Part shown: in pieces, positions 20,383 through 30,150 of the stretch
Layout: every line of letters starts with the position of its first letter
Numbering within the stretch: position 1 is the stretch's first letter
Assembly: GCA_035549975.1 (NCBI GenBank)
Contig: DASZPP010000121.1
Location: 1 to 54,301 of the forward strand
Length of the DNA: 54,301 nt
Direction of reading: 5' to 3'
Source: Opitutus sp.
GTDB taxonomy: Bacteria; Verrucomicrobiota; Verrucomicrobiia; Opitutales; Opitutaceae
Notes under the pieces: model-generated
What the model saw: only the letters and a program-made list of their open reading frames with translations
Told to the model about the DNA's origin: nothing
The model's database searches: none
Made by a program: the position numbers and the translations under genes

Positions 20383-20844
20383 TCACCCCTTCAACTCGAC
20401 CACCAGCTGCACTTCCGCGGTCGAACCGCGCGGCAGCCCGTTCACCGCCACCGCCGCCCGCGCATGCCTGCCCGCATCGCCAAAAACCTTCACGAGCAGA
20501 TCGCTCGCGCCGTTGATCACCGCCGGGCTTTCGGTGAAACCGTCCACCGCATTCACGAACCCGTTCACCATCACGACGCGCGCCACCGCCTCGAGCGATC
20601 CGGCCGCCGCCTTGATGTTCGCCAGCGCATTCAGCACGCAAACCTCGGCCGCCTTCTTCGCCGTTTCGACGGTCTGCTCCTTTCCGACCGGGCCGGTATG
20701 CGTCATCTTTCCATCGAGCATCGCGATCGTGCCCGCGCAAAACAGCAGGTTTCCCGTCCGCACCGTCGGCACGTAGCTGCCCGCCGCCGCCGGCGGATTG
20801 GGCAACACCACTCCGAGTTCCGCCAGCCGCGCTTCGATATCCAT
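20383..20844 (-). CDS. RidA/YjgF family protein
   Basis: SYVP...GNLLF, INGASDLL..VFGDAGRHARAAV..LP.....EV. Confidence 0.92.
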   Translation of the reverse strand: MDIEARLAELGVVLPNPPAAAGSYVPTVRTGNLLFCAGTIAMLDGKMTHTGPVGKEQTVETAKKAAEVCVLNALANIKAAAGSLEAVARVVMVNGFVNAVDGFTESPAVINGASDLLVKVFGDAGRHARAAVAVNGLPRGSTAEVQLVVELKG

Positions 20845-20914
20845 GGCGATGGACGCTGCCCGCCGCCCCTCTGAACGCAAAGCCGTTTTTCGCCCCGTCC
20901 GTTCCCCGGCGCCC

Positions 20915-20935
20915 TTGTCATATAATGTATGACAA
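20915..20935. promoter_or_regulatory. 21-bp AT-rich palindrome TTGTCATATAATGTATGACAA (operator or dispersed repeat), copy 1
   Basis: Identical or near-identical copies at 32201, 32258 and 38554. Confidence 0.65.
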
Positions 20936-20984
20936 AGCTCCGCGCCGCCTTCTGCGCCGGCCCCGCCTCCACTCATGCCGCCGG

Positions 20985-21863
20985 TCACGGCAGCCGCAGC
21001 AGCCGCGCCGCATTCTCGCGCAACACCGCCGGCGGCACGCCCGCCGCCTTCGCCTCGGCGATGAATCGCCGCATCGATGTCGTCGCATCGGTCTTCGGGT
21101 AGAGATTCAACGGATAATCCGACCCGAACAGCACCCGCCGCTCCGGCACCGCTGCCAGGAACCGTCTCCAGATGCTGTCGTCGTACACGAGGGGCGAGGC
21201 CGCGGTATCGTAAAATACATTCGGCAACGCCTGGTCGGCGACGTTGCGCAGCGGCAGCAACCCGCCCCAGTGCGCGAGCACGAAATCCACCCGCGGCCAC
21301 GCGCGCGCCAGCTCCTCGAAATCCTCGAGCGGCGTCTCGACCCGGCCGGGATACATCCGGCTGTTCGGATCGGTCACATGCAGGTTCAGCGGCCAGCGCC
21401 ATTCCGCCGCGAGCGCGAGCGCCTCGCGCAGCGCCGCGTCCCCGACGCCGTAGCCCTGTGCATGCGGCGAAAGTTCCCCGAGGCCGATCAATCCCTCGTC
21501 CCGCGCCCGGCGCATTTCGGCCACCACGTCGCCCGGCTCCGCCCCGCGCGGCTGGATCGTCGCGAAGGCCGACAAGCGCGCCGGATGCGCACGCACGCAC
21601 TCCGCATAAAAACGATTCTGCCGCTCGCACGTTTCCGGCCGGTTCCAATACCAGCCGAGCAACACCGAGCGTTCGACATCCGTGTCGTCCATTTCCCGCA
21701 GCAATTCATCGACGCTCGGAAAACCCTGCACCATCAGCCCGCTCCTTCGGCGGCGCGTGCACAGTCCCGCCCATTCCGCCTCGCCGTGCGCCGTCGCCCA
21801 GCCCAGCGGATCACGGTTCACCTCCCCCGGATAAAGATGGACATGGCAATCGATCACTCGCAT
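20985..21863 (-). CDS. Amidohydrolase_2 family metallohydrolase
   Basis: IDCHVH, GLGEL, LAHWGG, YDTAASP, LFGSDYP. Confidence 0.9.
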   Translation of the reverse strand: MRVIDCHVHLYPGEVNRDPLGWATAHGEAEWAGLCTRRRRSGLMVQGFPSVDELLREMDDTDVERSVLLGWYWNRPETCERQNRFYAECVRAHPARLSAFATIQPRGAEPGDVVAEMRRARDEGLIGLGELSPHAQGYGVGDAALREALALAAEWRWPLNLHVTDPNSRMYPGRVETPLEDFEELARAWPRVDFVLAHWGGLLPLRNVADQALPNVFYDTAASPLVYDDSIWRRFLAAVPERRVLFGSDYPLNLYPKTDATTSMRRFIAEAKAAGVPPAVLRENAARLLRLP

Positions 21864-22027
21864 CGCCGCACAAAATTCGCTGGACGCCTTTTCAGCAAGT
21901 CTTGCCGCCGCGGCACGCTTCAGCCTGATGTTGTGGCCACGCCCACCCCCACCGCGCCTCGTTGTGGCGGCGCTCCATGACCGCCGGACTCCTGCCGCCG
22001 CGGCCGCCCGACCACGACAAACCGCCG

Positions 22028-23047
22028 ATGCCCCCGCCCCAGCCACCCCGCAAGAACTCCTTTCCGCCAGCCGACTGGTCGATCCTCGCCCGCTGCTGGC
22101 ATCCGGTCGCGCGCGCCGACGCCGTCACCACGGCCCAGCCGTTTGCCGCCCAACTGCTCGACCAGGAACTCGTGCTCTATCGCACGCCATCCGGCCTCAC
22201 GGTCGCCGCCGACGTCTGCGCCCACCGCGGCGCGCCGCTCAGCCTCGGCACGATGTGCGACGGCGCGATCGCGTGCGCCTACCACGGCTACCGCTACAAC
22301 GGCGAGGGTCGCTGCACGTTCATCCCCGCTCATCCCGGCGCGCCGATTCCCCAAAAGCTTACGCTGCGCCGCTTCGCCGCCCTCGAGCGCTTCGGTCTGA
22401 TCTGGGTTTGCCTCGACGACACCGCCTCGCCGCCGCCCGCGCCGCCGGAATTCCCGGCGTTCGCCGACGACAATTTCCAGATCATCCACGTGCCGCCGTT
22501 CGACTGGGCGGCCTCCGCCGGCCGCCAGATCGAGAGTTTTTGCGATGTCGCGCACTTCGCCTTCGTGCATCCCGTGACCTTCGCCGCGTCCGACCCTGTC
22601 GTGCCGCGCTACGACGTCGCCCCCACGGCCAGCGGCGTTCACGCCGATTTCTCCAGCCGGGTTGGCAACATCAGCAACCGGTCCGCCGCCGCCGAGTCGT
22701 GGCGGCGCGTTTACGACATTCACCTGCCCTTCACCGTCCATCTCGACATCACGTTTCCGCACGGCGGAACGATGATCGTCTTCAACGCCTCCTGCCCGCT
22801 CTCCGCCCGGCGCACGCGGATCTTCGCGAGCGTCGCCCGCAATTTCGACCGCGACCAGCCCGCGGCGGACACGATCGCGTTTCAACAGCGGATCTACGCC
22901 GAGGACCAGCGCATCGTCGAGCGCCAGAATCCCGAGGATCTTCCCGTCGATCTCGCCGAGGAAGTTCACGTTCGTGCCGACCGCACCTCCGTGGAATATC
23001 GCCGGCAACTCGCCCGTCTCGGCCTCGGCCGGGCGTTCACGGCGTGA
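22028..23047 (+). CDS. Rieske non-heme iron oxygenase alpha subunit (VanA/Ndm demethylase-like)
   Basis: CAHRG...CAYHG Rieske ligands; ESFCDVAHFAFVH and EDQRIVE mononuclear Fe site; start could be 21977. Confidence 0.88.
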   Translation: MPPPQPPRKNSFPPADWSILARCWHPVARADAVTTAQPFAAQLLDQELVLYRTPSGLTVAADVCAHRGAPLSLGTMCDGAIACAYHGYRYNGEGRCTFIPAHPGAPIPQKLTLRRFAALERFGLIWVCLDDTASPPPAPPEFPAFADDNFQIIHVPPFDWAASAGRQIESFCDVAHFAFVHPVTFAASDPVVPRYDVAPTASGVHADFSSRVGNISNRSAAAESWRRVYDIHLPFTVHLDITFPHGGTMIVFNASCPLSARRTRIFASVARNFDRDQPAADTIAFQQRIYAEDQRIVERQNPEDLPVDLAEEVHVRADRTSVEYRRQLARLGLGRAFTA

Positions 23048-23180
23048 TCCGACCGCAGCTTCATCAGCTTCCCCGCATCGCGATTCCGTCCGTAGCCCCT
23101 GCGCGAGCAGCGGGACAAGCCCGGTGTCCAATCCCTGCGCCCACGCGCAGGGCCGCCACGGCGCCGTTTCAAAGTCCGCC

Positions 23181-24575
23181 CTACAACTCCGCGCTGCTCG
23201 CGAGCGCCGCCGACTCTTCCTCTTCCTCCGATTCGTCCTCCCCGATCGCCGCCGCGCTTTTCGCCGGCCAGGCGAGGTTCATGATCAACGCCGTCAGCCC
23301 GCCCGCGGAAATTCCCGACTCGAACAGCGACCGCAGAAACGGTGGAAAACTCGCGACCAAGCCCGGCTGCGTCGGCAATCCCAGCCCGATCCCGAGCGCC
23401 AGCGCCACGATCACGCCTTCCCGTTGCCCGAGCCCGGCATTGACCAGCAGCCGCACGCCGGAAACCGCCACGAGTCCGAACATCAGCAGCGCCAGCCCGC
23501 CGAGCACCGGTGGCGGCATCGCGGTCACCCACCGGCCCACTGGCGGAAACAATCCCAGCAGCGCGAGGATCGCCGCCATCACGTAGCCGATCCGCCGGCT
23601 CGCGACGCCGGTGATCTGGATGACGCCGTTGTTCTGCGCATAGGTCGCACTCGGAAAGCCGCCGAACAGCGCCGACGTCGTGCTCAGCAATCCATCCGCG
23701 AGCACGCCGCCCGAAAGCCGCCGCCAGTGAACCCGCCCGCTCGTCTTCAGCCCGGACAACTGCGCCGTCGCGGTCATGTCGCCCATCGCCTCGAGCAGCG
23801 ACACGACGTAGATGAACGCAAACGGCGCGGCCAGCTCCCACCGAAACGCGAACCCATGCGGCAGCAACCGCGGCAACGTGATCCACGCGCCGCTTCCATC
23901 CGGCGCCGGCGCATGCAGCGCGCCGAGCAGTCCGCACAGCGCGCATCCCACCGCCACGCCGATCGCCGCGCCGGCGATCCGCAGCCACGGCCGGCCCGTC
24001 GCCTGCGCCAGCACGATCGCGATCACGACGGTCAACCCGACCGCCAATCCCAGCCACGGCGGCGCGTCCGGCCGCAAGGGAGTCGCGAGCGCGTAGTAGG
24101 CCGACGGGATCAGCGACGCGCCGATCAGCAGCACGACCGTGCCCGACACCACGGGCGTGAACACCGACCGCAGCCGCGCGATGAACGGCGCGAGCACAAT
24201 CACCAGCGGCGCCGTCACGCACGACAGCCCGAACATCAACGCCAGCCCGCCCGTCTGCCCCGCCTGGGTCAGCGGTTGCAGAAAGGCGAAGCTCGTGCCC
24301 GTCACGCTCAGCAGCCCCGAGCCGACCGGGCCGCGCTGCCGGCATTGCAGCAACGCGCCGATCGCCGAGCAGAGCAGCGCGATGCTGATCAGGTAGGCGG
24401 TCTCGGCGGCCGGGAATTTCAAGATCCCCGCGAGGATGAGCGGCGGCGTGATCGTGCCCACGACCATCGCCGACACGTGCTGGACGCCGACGAGGATCGC
24501 GACGCCGAGCGGCGGTTTCGCGTCGATGCCAAAAACGAGCGTGGTCGCCGGATCCGACGCCGGGTAGTTTTGCAC
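23181..24575 (-). CDS. NCS2 xanthine/uracil permease (XanP/XanQ-like)
   Basis: GVQH, GTSFAF, EAMGD, ADGL, NAT signature YAQNNGVIQITGVASR, PPPVLGG; GTG start. Confidence 0.92.
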   Translation of the reverse strand: MQNYPASDPATTLVFGIDAKPPLGVAILVGVQHVSAMVVGTITPPLILAGILKFPAAETAYLISIALLCSAIGALLQCRQRGPVGSGLLSVTGTSFAFLQPLTQAGQTGGLALMFGLSCVTAPLVIVLAPFIARLRSVFTPVVSGTVVLLIGASLIPSAYYALATPLRPDAPPWLGLAVGLTVVIAIVLAQATGRPWLRIAGAAIGVAVGCALCGLLGALHAPAPDGSGAWITLPRLLPHGFAFRWELAAPFAFIYVVSLLEAMGDMTATAQLSGLKTSGRVHWRRLSGGVLADGLLSTTSALFGGFPSATYAQNNGVIQITGVASRRIGYVMAAILALLGLFPPVGRWVTAMPPPVLGGLALLMFGLVAVSGVRLLVNAGLGQREGVIVALALGIGLGLPTQPGLVASFPPFLRSLFESGISAGGLTALIMNLAWPAKSAAAIGEDESEEEEESAALASSAEL

Positions 24576-24615
24576 GCCGCGAAACCAGCAACCGGCGCGC
24601 CACAACGCGACAGCA

Positions 24616-24646
24616 AAAAGCCGCCCCCGGTCCGGGAGCGGCTTTT
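24616..24646 (-). terminator. Intrinsic terminator after the TonB receptor gene
   Basis: AAAAGCCGC.CCCGG-T-CCGGG.GCGGCTTTT hairpin with T-tracts on both strands. Confidence 0.8.
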
Positions 24647-24688
24647 CCGGCCTTGCGGCCGGGATGTGTCAGGTGTTGGTGCGATCGC

Positions 24689-27010
24689 TCAGAAGCTGTA
24701 TTTGACCTTGAACGAGACTTCCGTGCCGGGCAGCGCGTTGATCGAGGCGTTGCCATACACCGGATTCGGCGGCGACCAGTTCTTCGCATCGAGCACGTTG
24801 CCGACGTCCACCCGGAAATACCACTGCTTGCTGTAGCGATACCAGACGCTGGCGTTGATCGTGTACTGCGTCGGGATCACGAGCGTGCCGGCGTAGTTGT
24901 TGTCGATTTTGCTCGTCCACTGCCCGTTCGCGGAAAAGCCCACGCCGTTGTCGAGGTTGTACGACGCCACCAGGTTCACCAGGGCCTTCGGCAGGCCGGA
25001 AACCTGGTTGACGTGCGCGTAGTCGATGCCCTCGGTCGGCAGCAGGTCGACACCACCGTCCGACTGGAACGGCGCGGTCACCGTGGCGTCCTCCACCGAA
25101 TAGGAGGCGGTGAAGTAGAGGTGCCGGTTCGGCTGATAGTTCATCTCGGCCTCGAATCCGCGCGCGTCGAAGGTCTGAATCACCGTGCTGCTGGTGCTCT
25201 TCGCCGTGCGGGTTTGTTCGTAGACCGCGAAGTTCAGGAAGAGTTTGTTCTGCAGCAGGGCAAACTTCGATCCGACCTCGAACAGCTCGCTCGGCTGCAG
25301 GAAGTTTTCCTTGTCGAGCATGAGGCCGGTGCTGTCCCAGCCGGTGATGCCACCGCCGTTGCCGACCGCGCCGGACGTGTTCTTGCTGAAGTTATAGGTG
25401 AAATAAAGACTGGAGGTGTTGGTGGGCTTGAGGACGAACGAGGCGTTGTAACTCGGATCCCAGACGCTGATGGAGGAATCCGGCTTCGGGTCGGGCCAGA
25501 GCGGATCGATCACGTTCGCGTGAAAGCGGTCTTCGCGGATGCCGGAGCGGATATCGACCATGCTGCCCAGATGCCACGTCGCCTGGAAGAACGGTCCCAC
25601 GGTCGTGGCGTAGCTGTCGTTGGTGTCGCCGTTGATCGTGCCCTGGGTGGCGTAGCGGTCCGGCCAGCCCGGCACCGGCTGCCCGACGAAACGTCCGTAG
25701 AACGCATCGGCATTGTACACGTTCACGTAATGGAGGTCCTTCGTCAGGTCCCACACGTTCGCCGGCTCGAAGAAATAATCGTCATACGCGGTGGTCCGCT
25801 GGTAGCGGAGGTCCAGACCCGTGTTGATCTCGACCCACGGCTTGGTGATCACCAGCTCGGTGCGGCTCTCGACGAACCACGACGGATCGATGATTTCCGA
25901 GTAGTAATATCCGCTCAGCGTGTTGCGGTCCGTGTAGCTGAAAAACGAATTGTTCACGATCTTGAAGTCGCCCTCCGCGCGGTAGGTCTGGATGGCCTGC
26001 GCGTTGAACTCGCGGCCGGTCGAGTGATTGCCGGGGCTGAGCAGGCGCACATGGCGGTCGAGCTTCACCGTCGGCCCGATCGCGAGCTGGTTGCCGCTGT
26101 CGAGCACGTATTTCGAGTTCTGCGGATCGGAGAGCGGGGCGCCGGCGCCATTGTTGTCGTTGACGCCGGTGATGTACATTCCGTTGTCGATCAGGTCCTG
26201 CGTCACGCGGTTGATGCCCCAGTTCTCCGTGTAACGATACCAGCTCGCGGAGGCGTTCACGAACAGCTCGTAGTTGTCGCTGGGCCGGTAGGTCATCGCG
26301 CCGTAGAACGAGTTGTTCTTGTTGTAGTAGTCGTGGTAGTAGCCGTTGCTATCCACGCCCGAGTAGCTGAAGCGGTAGGCGAGCTGCTTGGAAAGCGGCC
26401 CGCCGACGTCGACGTTCCACTCCTTCTGGTTGTAGGAACCGATCGTGGCGCTGACGCTGCCCTTGAAACCGTCGAAATAGGGGCGCTTCGTGATCAGGTC
26501 GATGAACCCGCCGACGTACATCGAGGTGCCCTGCACCGCCGTGGCCGGGCCCTTGACGATGTTGACGGACTCGACCGAATTGAAGTCGAGCGGCAGGCCG
26601 TTGCCGTTGGAAGTGATGCGCCCGCGCACGCCGTTGATGAACAAGTCGGCCGACTGGCCGCGAATCGAGGGGTTGGCCGGCGCGCCGAAATTCGTCGTCG
26701 TGTAGGAGCTCGAGGTGAGCTTCGAAAAATCCAGCACGCTCGAAATGTCGATGTCGCTCAGTTGCTGGCGCGAAATGATGGTGACGTTGCGCGGCACGTT
26801 GACGATGTTGTCGTCGGTGCCGAAGACCGAGTTGAACGGCCGCGAGGTCGGCAGGATCTGCTGCTCGATCGGCACCTGGTTGACATCCAATTTCTCGAGT
26901 TGAACGGTTTCATCGTCGGAGGGCGTCGCATCGGATTGCGCCGAAGCGGGAATCACCGTCGCCACCGCCATTAGCACGGCGCAGAGACTGGGAATGCGCG
27001 TTTTATTCAT
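24689..27010 (-). CDS. TonB-dependent outer-membrane receptor
   Basis: Signal peptide, plug motifs (VPRNVTIIS, SIRG, VESVNIVKGP), aromatic-rich barrel, C-terminal KYSF. Confidence 0.93.
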   Translation of the reverse strand: MNKTRIPSLCAVLMAVATVIPASAQSDATPSDDETVQLEKLDVNQVPIEQQILPTSRPFNSVFGTDDNIVNVPRNVTIISRQQLSDIDISSVLDFSKLTSSSYTTTNFGAPANPSIRGQSADLFINGVRGRITSNGNGLPLDFNSVESVNIVKGPATAVQGTSMYVGGFIDLITKRPYFDGFKGSVSATIGSYNQKEWNVDVGGPLSKQLAYRFSYSGVDSNGYYHDYYNKNNSFYGAMTYRPSDNYELFVNASASWYRYTENWGINRVTQDLIDNGMYITGVNDNNGAGAPLSDPQNSKYVLDSGNQLAIGPTVKLDRHVRLLSPGNHSTGREFNAQAIQTYRAEGDFKIVNNSFFSYTDRNTLSGYYYSEIIDPSWFVESRTELVITKPWVEINTGLDLRYQRTTAYDDYFFEPANVWDLTKDLHYVNVYNADAFYGRFVGQPVPGWPDRYATQGTINGDTNDSYATTVGPFFQATWHLGSMVDIRSGIREDRFHANVIDPLWPDPKPDSSISVWDPSYNASFVLKPTNTSSLYFTYNFSKNTSGAVGNGGGITGWDSTGLMLDKENFLQPSELFEVGSKFALLQNKLFLNFAVYEQTRTAKSTSSTVIQTFDARGFEAEMNYQPNRHLYFTASYSVEDATVTAPFQSDGGVDLLPTEGIDYAHVNQVSGLPKALVNLVASYNLDNGVGFSANGQWTSKIDNNYAGTLVIPTQYTINASVWYRYSKQWYFRVDVGNVLDAKNWSPPNPVYGNASINALPGTEVSFKVKYSF

Positions 27011-27122
27011 GAGTGTGTGTGTTAGGAACTGAATGAGTTCGTCAGCAGTTCACATACCATTCATCCAATGCTCAAGCCTAACCGCGGCACACCCTTGGCC
27101 CGCGTCCGCTGATCAATTTCCC

Positions 27123-27908
27123 ATGCGTCTCCTCCCCGCTTCCCTTCGCGCACTGGCCGTTTTCATCGCGCTCGGCCTCGTCCTCGCCCGGTCCGCACCC
27201 GCTCCCGCGGATGCCGTCGACCTATTGCTGGTCAGTGGCGAAGATCGCGCCCTCCAGCCCGTGCTCGATCGCCTGCAGGGCGCGCAGCGGGAGACGCACG
27301 CCGCCTGGACGCTCTGGGTCGGTGCGCTCGCCGGCAAACGTGTCGCCGTGGTTCGCTCCGACGGCGATCCGCTCAACGCCGTCGCCGCGACCACGCTGGC
27401 CCTCCGGCACCATCCGCCGCGGCTGATTTTCATTTTCGGCACCGCCCGGGCCCACGATCCCGCGCTGCACGACGGCGACGTCGTCGTCGCGGGAAACTTT
27501 GCCGCGTTCGACGGCATCGTCTCACCGACGATCGATCTCGGCGCCGGCAGCGATGCGCTGCACTGGGACCGGCTGCCGCACCTGCTGATGACCTCCGGCG
27601 AAACGGAAAAGGCCGCCGACACCTTCCCCGCTGACCCGGATGCGACCACCGTCGCCCTGAAACTCCGCGCTCCTTCCGGCCGCGTGCTGCGCGGCGTGCT
27701 CGGTTCCGCGAATCAAATCAATCGCGAGGCCGACCGCATCGCCTGGCTTCACGCTCATTGGGGCACGAGCACCGAGGACGGTGAGTCCGCGCACATCGCC
27801 GGCTGCGCCGCGCTCTTCGGCATCCCGGTCGCCGGCGCCCGGGTCGTCAACGGCTCCCCCGCCGACGCCGCCAAATTCGCCCTCGAGTTCACGGAGGCAT
27901 GGAAATGA
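27123..27908 (+). CDS. Secreted MTA/SAH nucleosidase-like (PNP_UDP_1) protein, catalytically degenerate
   Basis: Signal peptide; GTARAHDP.LHDGDVVV, GVLGSAN, EDGESAHIA; lacks the N-terminal Glu and the SD motif. Confidence 0.8.
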   Translation: MRLLPASLRALAVFIALGLVLARSAPAPADAVDLLLVSGEDRALQPVLDRLQGAQRETHAAWTLWVGALAGKRVAVVRSDGDPLNAVAATTLALRHHPPRLIFIFGTARAHDPALHDGDVVVAGNFAAFDGIVSPTIDLGAGSDALHWDRLPHLLMTSGETEKAADTFPADPDATTVALKLRAPSGRVLRGVLGSANQINREADRIAWLHAHWGTSTEDGESAHIAGCAALFGIPVAGARVVNGSPADAAKFALEFTEAWK

Positions 27909-28717
27909 AACAAATCCTTCTGCTCGTCCTTCTGGCGGTCGCCGCGCACGCCACCGAGCCCGTCGAGGTCCTCGTGCAAGGCGCGGAAAAACTCGAGGTG
28001 ACCGATCTCGTCGCCGCCCTCGGCCCGCAGGCCGAAAAAATCGCAATCGGCCCGTTCAGCTTCTGGCTCGGCCGGATCGGCCCGCATCGCGTCGCCGTCT
28101 CGCTCACCGGCCAGGGGCTCATCAACTGCACCGCCGCCACGATTGTCGGCATCGAGGAATTCCACCCGCGGCTCATCGTCAACCAGGGCACCGCCGGCGC
28201 GCAGGCGCCGTTCCTCGCGCTCAACGACATCATCGTCGGCCGCCGCGCGCTCGATTACGGCAATTTCATCACGCCCGTCCGCGCCGCCGGCGCCGGCAGC
28301 TCGCCGCTGACGTGGACGCCGATCCCTCAAAGCCTGCGCGATCCCGCCACCGACAAAATGGTCGCGTTTCCCCGCGGCTTCACCGGTGACGCCGCCGCGA
28401 TCGCCGTCGCCCTGCGCACCCGCAATCCCCTCGGCCGCGTCTTCCCCGGCGTCGTCGGCTCCGCCCACGAGGTGAACCTCGAACTCGACCGCGTGCGCTG
28501 GTCGCACGAGACGTTCGGCATGGATGTCGAGGAAATGGAGTCCGCCCACGTCGCCGCGCTCGCCCACGCCTTCGGCCTCCGCTACGTCACCTTCCGCGTC
28601 GTCAGCGACGCGCCCTACGAAGGCGTGCCGTTCGATGCACTTGCCGCTCGCGCCACCGCCCTCTTCACGATCAACTTCCTCGGCAATCTTCCCGCCCCGA
28701 CCCCCGGCTCGAACTGA
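27905..28717 (+). CDS. Secreted MTA/SAH nucleosidase-like (PNP_UDP_1) protein
   Basis: Signal peptide; QGAEKLE, NQGTAGA, DIIVG, EEMESAHVA, RVVSD; ATGA overlap with the paralog. Confidence 0.85.
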   Translation: MKQILLLVLLAVAAHATEPVEVLVQGAEKLEVTDLVAALGPQAEKIAIGPFSFWLGRIGPHRVAVSLTGQGLINCTAATIVGIEEFHPRLIVNQGTAGAQAPFLALNDIIVGRRALDYGNFITPVRAAGAGSSPLTWTPIPQSLRDPATDKMVAFPRGFTGDAAAIAVALRTRNPLGRVFPGVVGSAHEVNLELDRVRWSHETFGMDVEEMESAHVAALAHAFGLRYVTFRVVSDAPYEGVPFDALAARATALFTINFLGNLPAPTPGSN

Positions 28718-28725
28718 TCCCTTCC

Positions 28726-30060
28726 ATGCTCAACCGTCTCTTCAAGCTCGACGAGAACCGCACCACCGTCGGCCGTGAAATCCAGGCCGGCCTCACGACG
28801 TTCGCCGCGATGGCCTACATCCTCGCCGTCAATCCCGACATCCTGTCCGCGACCGGCATGGACAAGGGCGCGCTCGTCACCGTCACCGCCATGACCGCCG
28901 CCGTCGCGACGGCCATCATGGCGTTCATGACCAATTACCCGATCGCGCTCGCGCCGGGGATGGGCATCAACGCCTTCTTCACCTACACGATCTGCCTCAC
29001 GCGCCACGTCCCCTGGCCGGAGGCGCTCGGCATGGTCTTCGTCAACGGCCTGATCTTTTTCCTGCTCTCGATCACCGGCGTCCGCGAACGGATCATCGCC
29101 GCCATCCCGCACTCGCTGAAAATCGCCGTCACCTGCGGCATCGGGTTGTTCATCGCCTTCATCGGCCTGAAAAACGGCGGCGTCATCATCGCCAGCCCGG
29201 CCACTTTCGTCACGCATGGCGACTTCGCCTCCGGCCCGGTCATGCTCTGCCTCGTCGGCATCCTGCTCACGGCGATCCTCGTTTCGCGGCGCGTGCCCGG
29301 TGCGATCGTCCTCAGCATCGCGCTCGTCACGCTCGCCGGCTTGTTCGTTTCCGCCGGCAATGGCGCGCATGTCACGCAACTTCCCGCCAGTTTCTTCGCG
29401 CTTCCCGCCTCGCCCGCGCCGATCTTCCTCAAGCTCTCCTTTCACTTCCTCACCAGCTCGGCCGCGTTCTTCGTCGCGCTCCCGTTGATCCTCACGCTGC
29501 TGCTCGTCGACATGTTCGACAACATCGGCACCCTCATCGGCGTCACCAAGCGCGCCGGCTTTCTCCGCCCCGACGGCACGCTGCCGCGCGCCGGCCGCGC
29601 GCTCCTCGCCGACTCGATCGCCACGCTCCTCAGCGCGCTCAGCGGCACCTCGACCGTCACAAGCTACATCGAGTCCGCCTCCGGCGTGGAAGCCGGCGGC
29701 CGCACCGGCCTGACGACGCTCACGACCGCCGTGCTCATGCTGCTCGCGCTTTTCCTCACCCCGCTGATCCTGATCGTCCCCTCCGCCGCCACCGCGCCCG
29801 CGCTCGTGATCGTCGGCGTTTTCATGATGCAGTCGGTGATCGAAATCGACATGGCCGACTTCAAGATCGCCGTCCCCGCCGTCCTCACGATCCTGATGAT
29901 CCCGCTGACGTTCAGCATTGCCGAGGGCATCGGCATCGGCCTCATCGCCGCGTCGCTGCTCGCGATCGGCACCGGCCGCGCGAAGAGCCTCACGCCCTTC
30001 GCCTACGCCATCGCCGCCGTCTTCTTCCTCGAATTTTTCAGCATCTGGCCCTTCCGGTGA
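28726..30060 (+). CDS. NCS2/AzgA-type adenine-guanine-hypoxanthine permease
   Basis: AGLTTF..MAYILAVNP, LAPGMGINAFF, DMFD.IGTL, TSYIESASGVEAGGRTGLT, PLTFSIAEG. Confidence 0.93.
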   Translation: MLNRLFKLDENRTTVGREIQAGLTTFAAMAYILAVNPDILSATGMDKGALVTVTAMTAAVATAIMAFMTNYPIALAPGMGINAFFTYTICLTRHVPWPEALGMVFVNGLIFFLLSITGVRERIIAAIPHSLKIAVTCGIGLFIAFIGLKNGGVIIASPATFVTHGDFASGPVMLCLVGILLTAILVSRRVPGAIVLSIALVTLAGLFVSAGNGAHVTQLPASFFALPASPAPIFLKLSFHFLTSSAAFFVALPLILTLLLVDMFDNIGTLIGVTKRAGFLRPDGTLPRAGRALLADSIATLLSALSGTSTVTSYIESASGVEAGGRTGLTTLTTAVLMLLALFLTPLILIVPSAATAPALVIVGVFMMQSVIEIDMADFKIAVPAVLTILMIPLTFSIAEGIGIGLIAASLLAIGTGRAKSLTPFAYAIAAVFFLEFFSIWPFR

Positions 30061-30074
30061 CAATACCGCCCAAC

Positions 30075-30146
30075 CACACCGACAGATACGAATGAACAAC
30101 AGATCGCGAAATCGCATCTGTGTTTATCCGTGTCCATCCGTGGTTG
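30075..30146. repeat. Imperfect IR with ~9-10-nt periodic units between convergent genes
   Basis: ACAGAT...ACAGAT facing ATCTGTGTTTATCCGTGTCCATCCGTGGTT. Confidence 0.65.
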
Positions 30147-30150
30147 ATCC

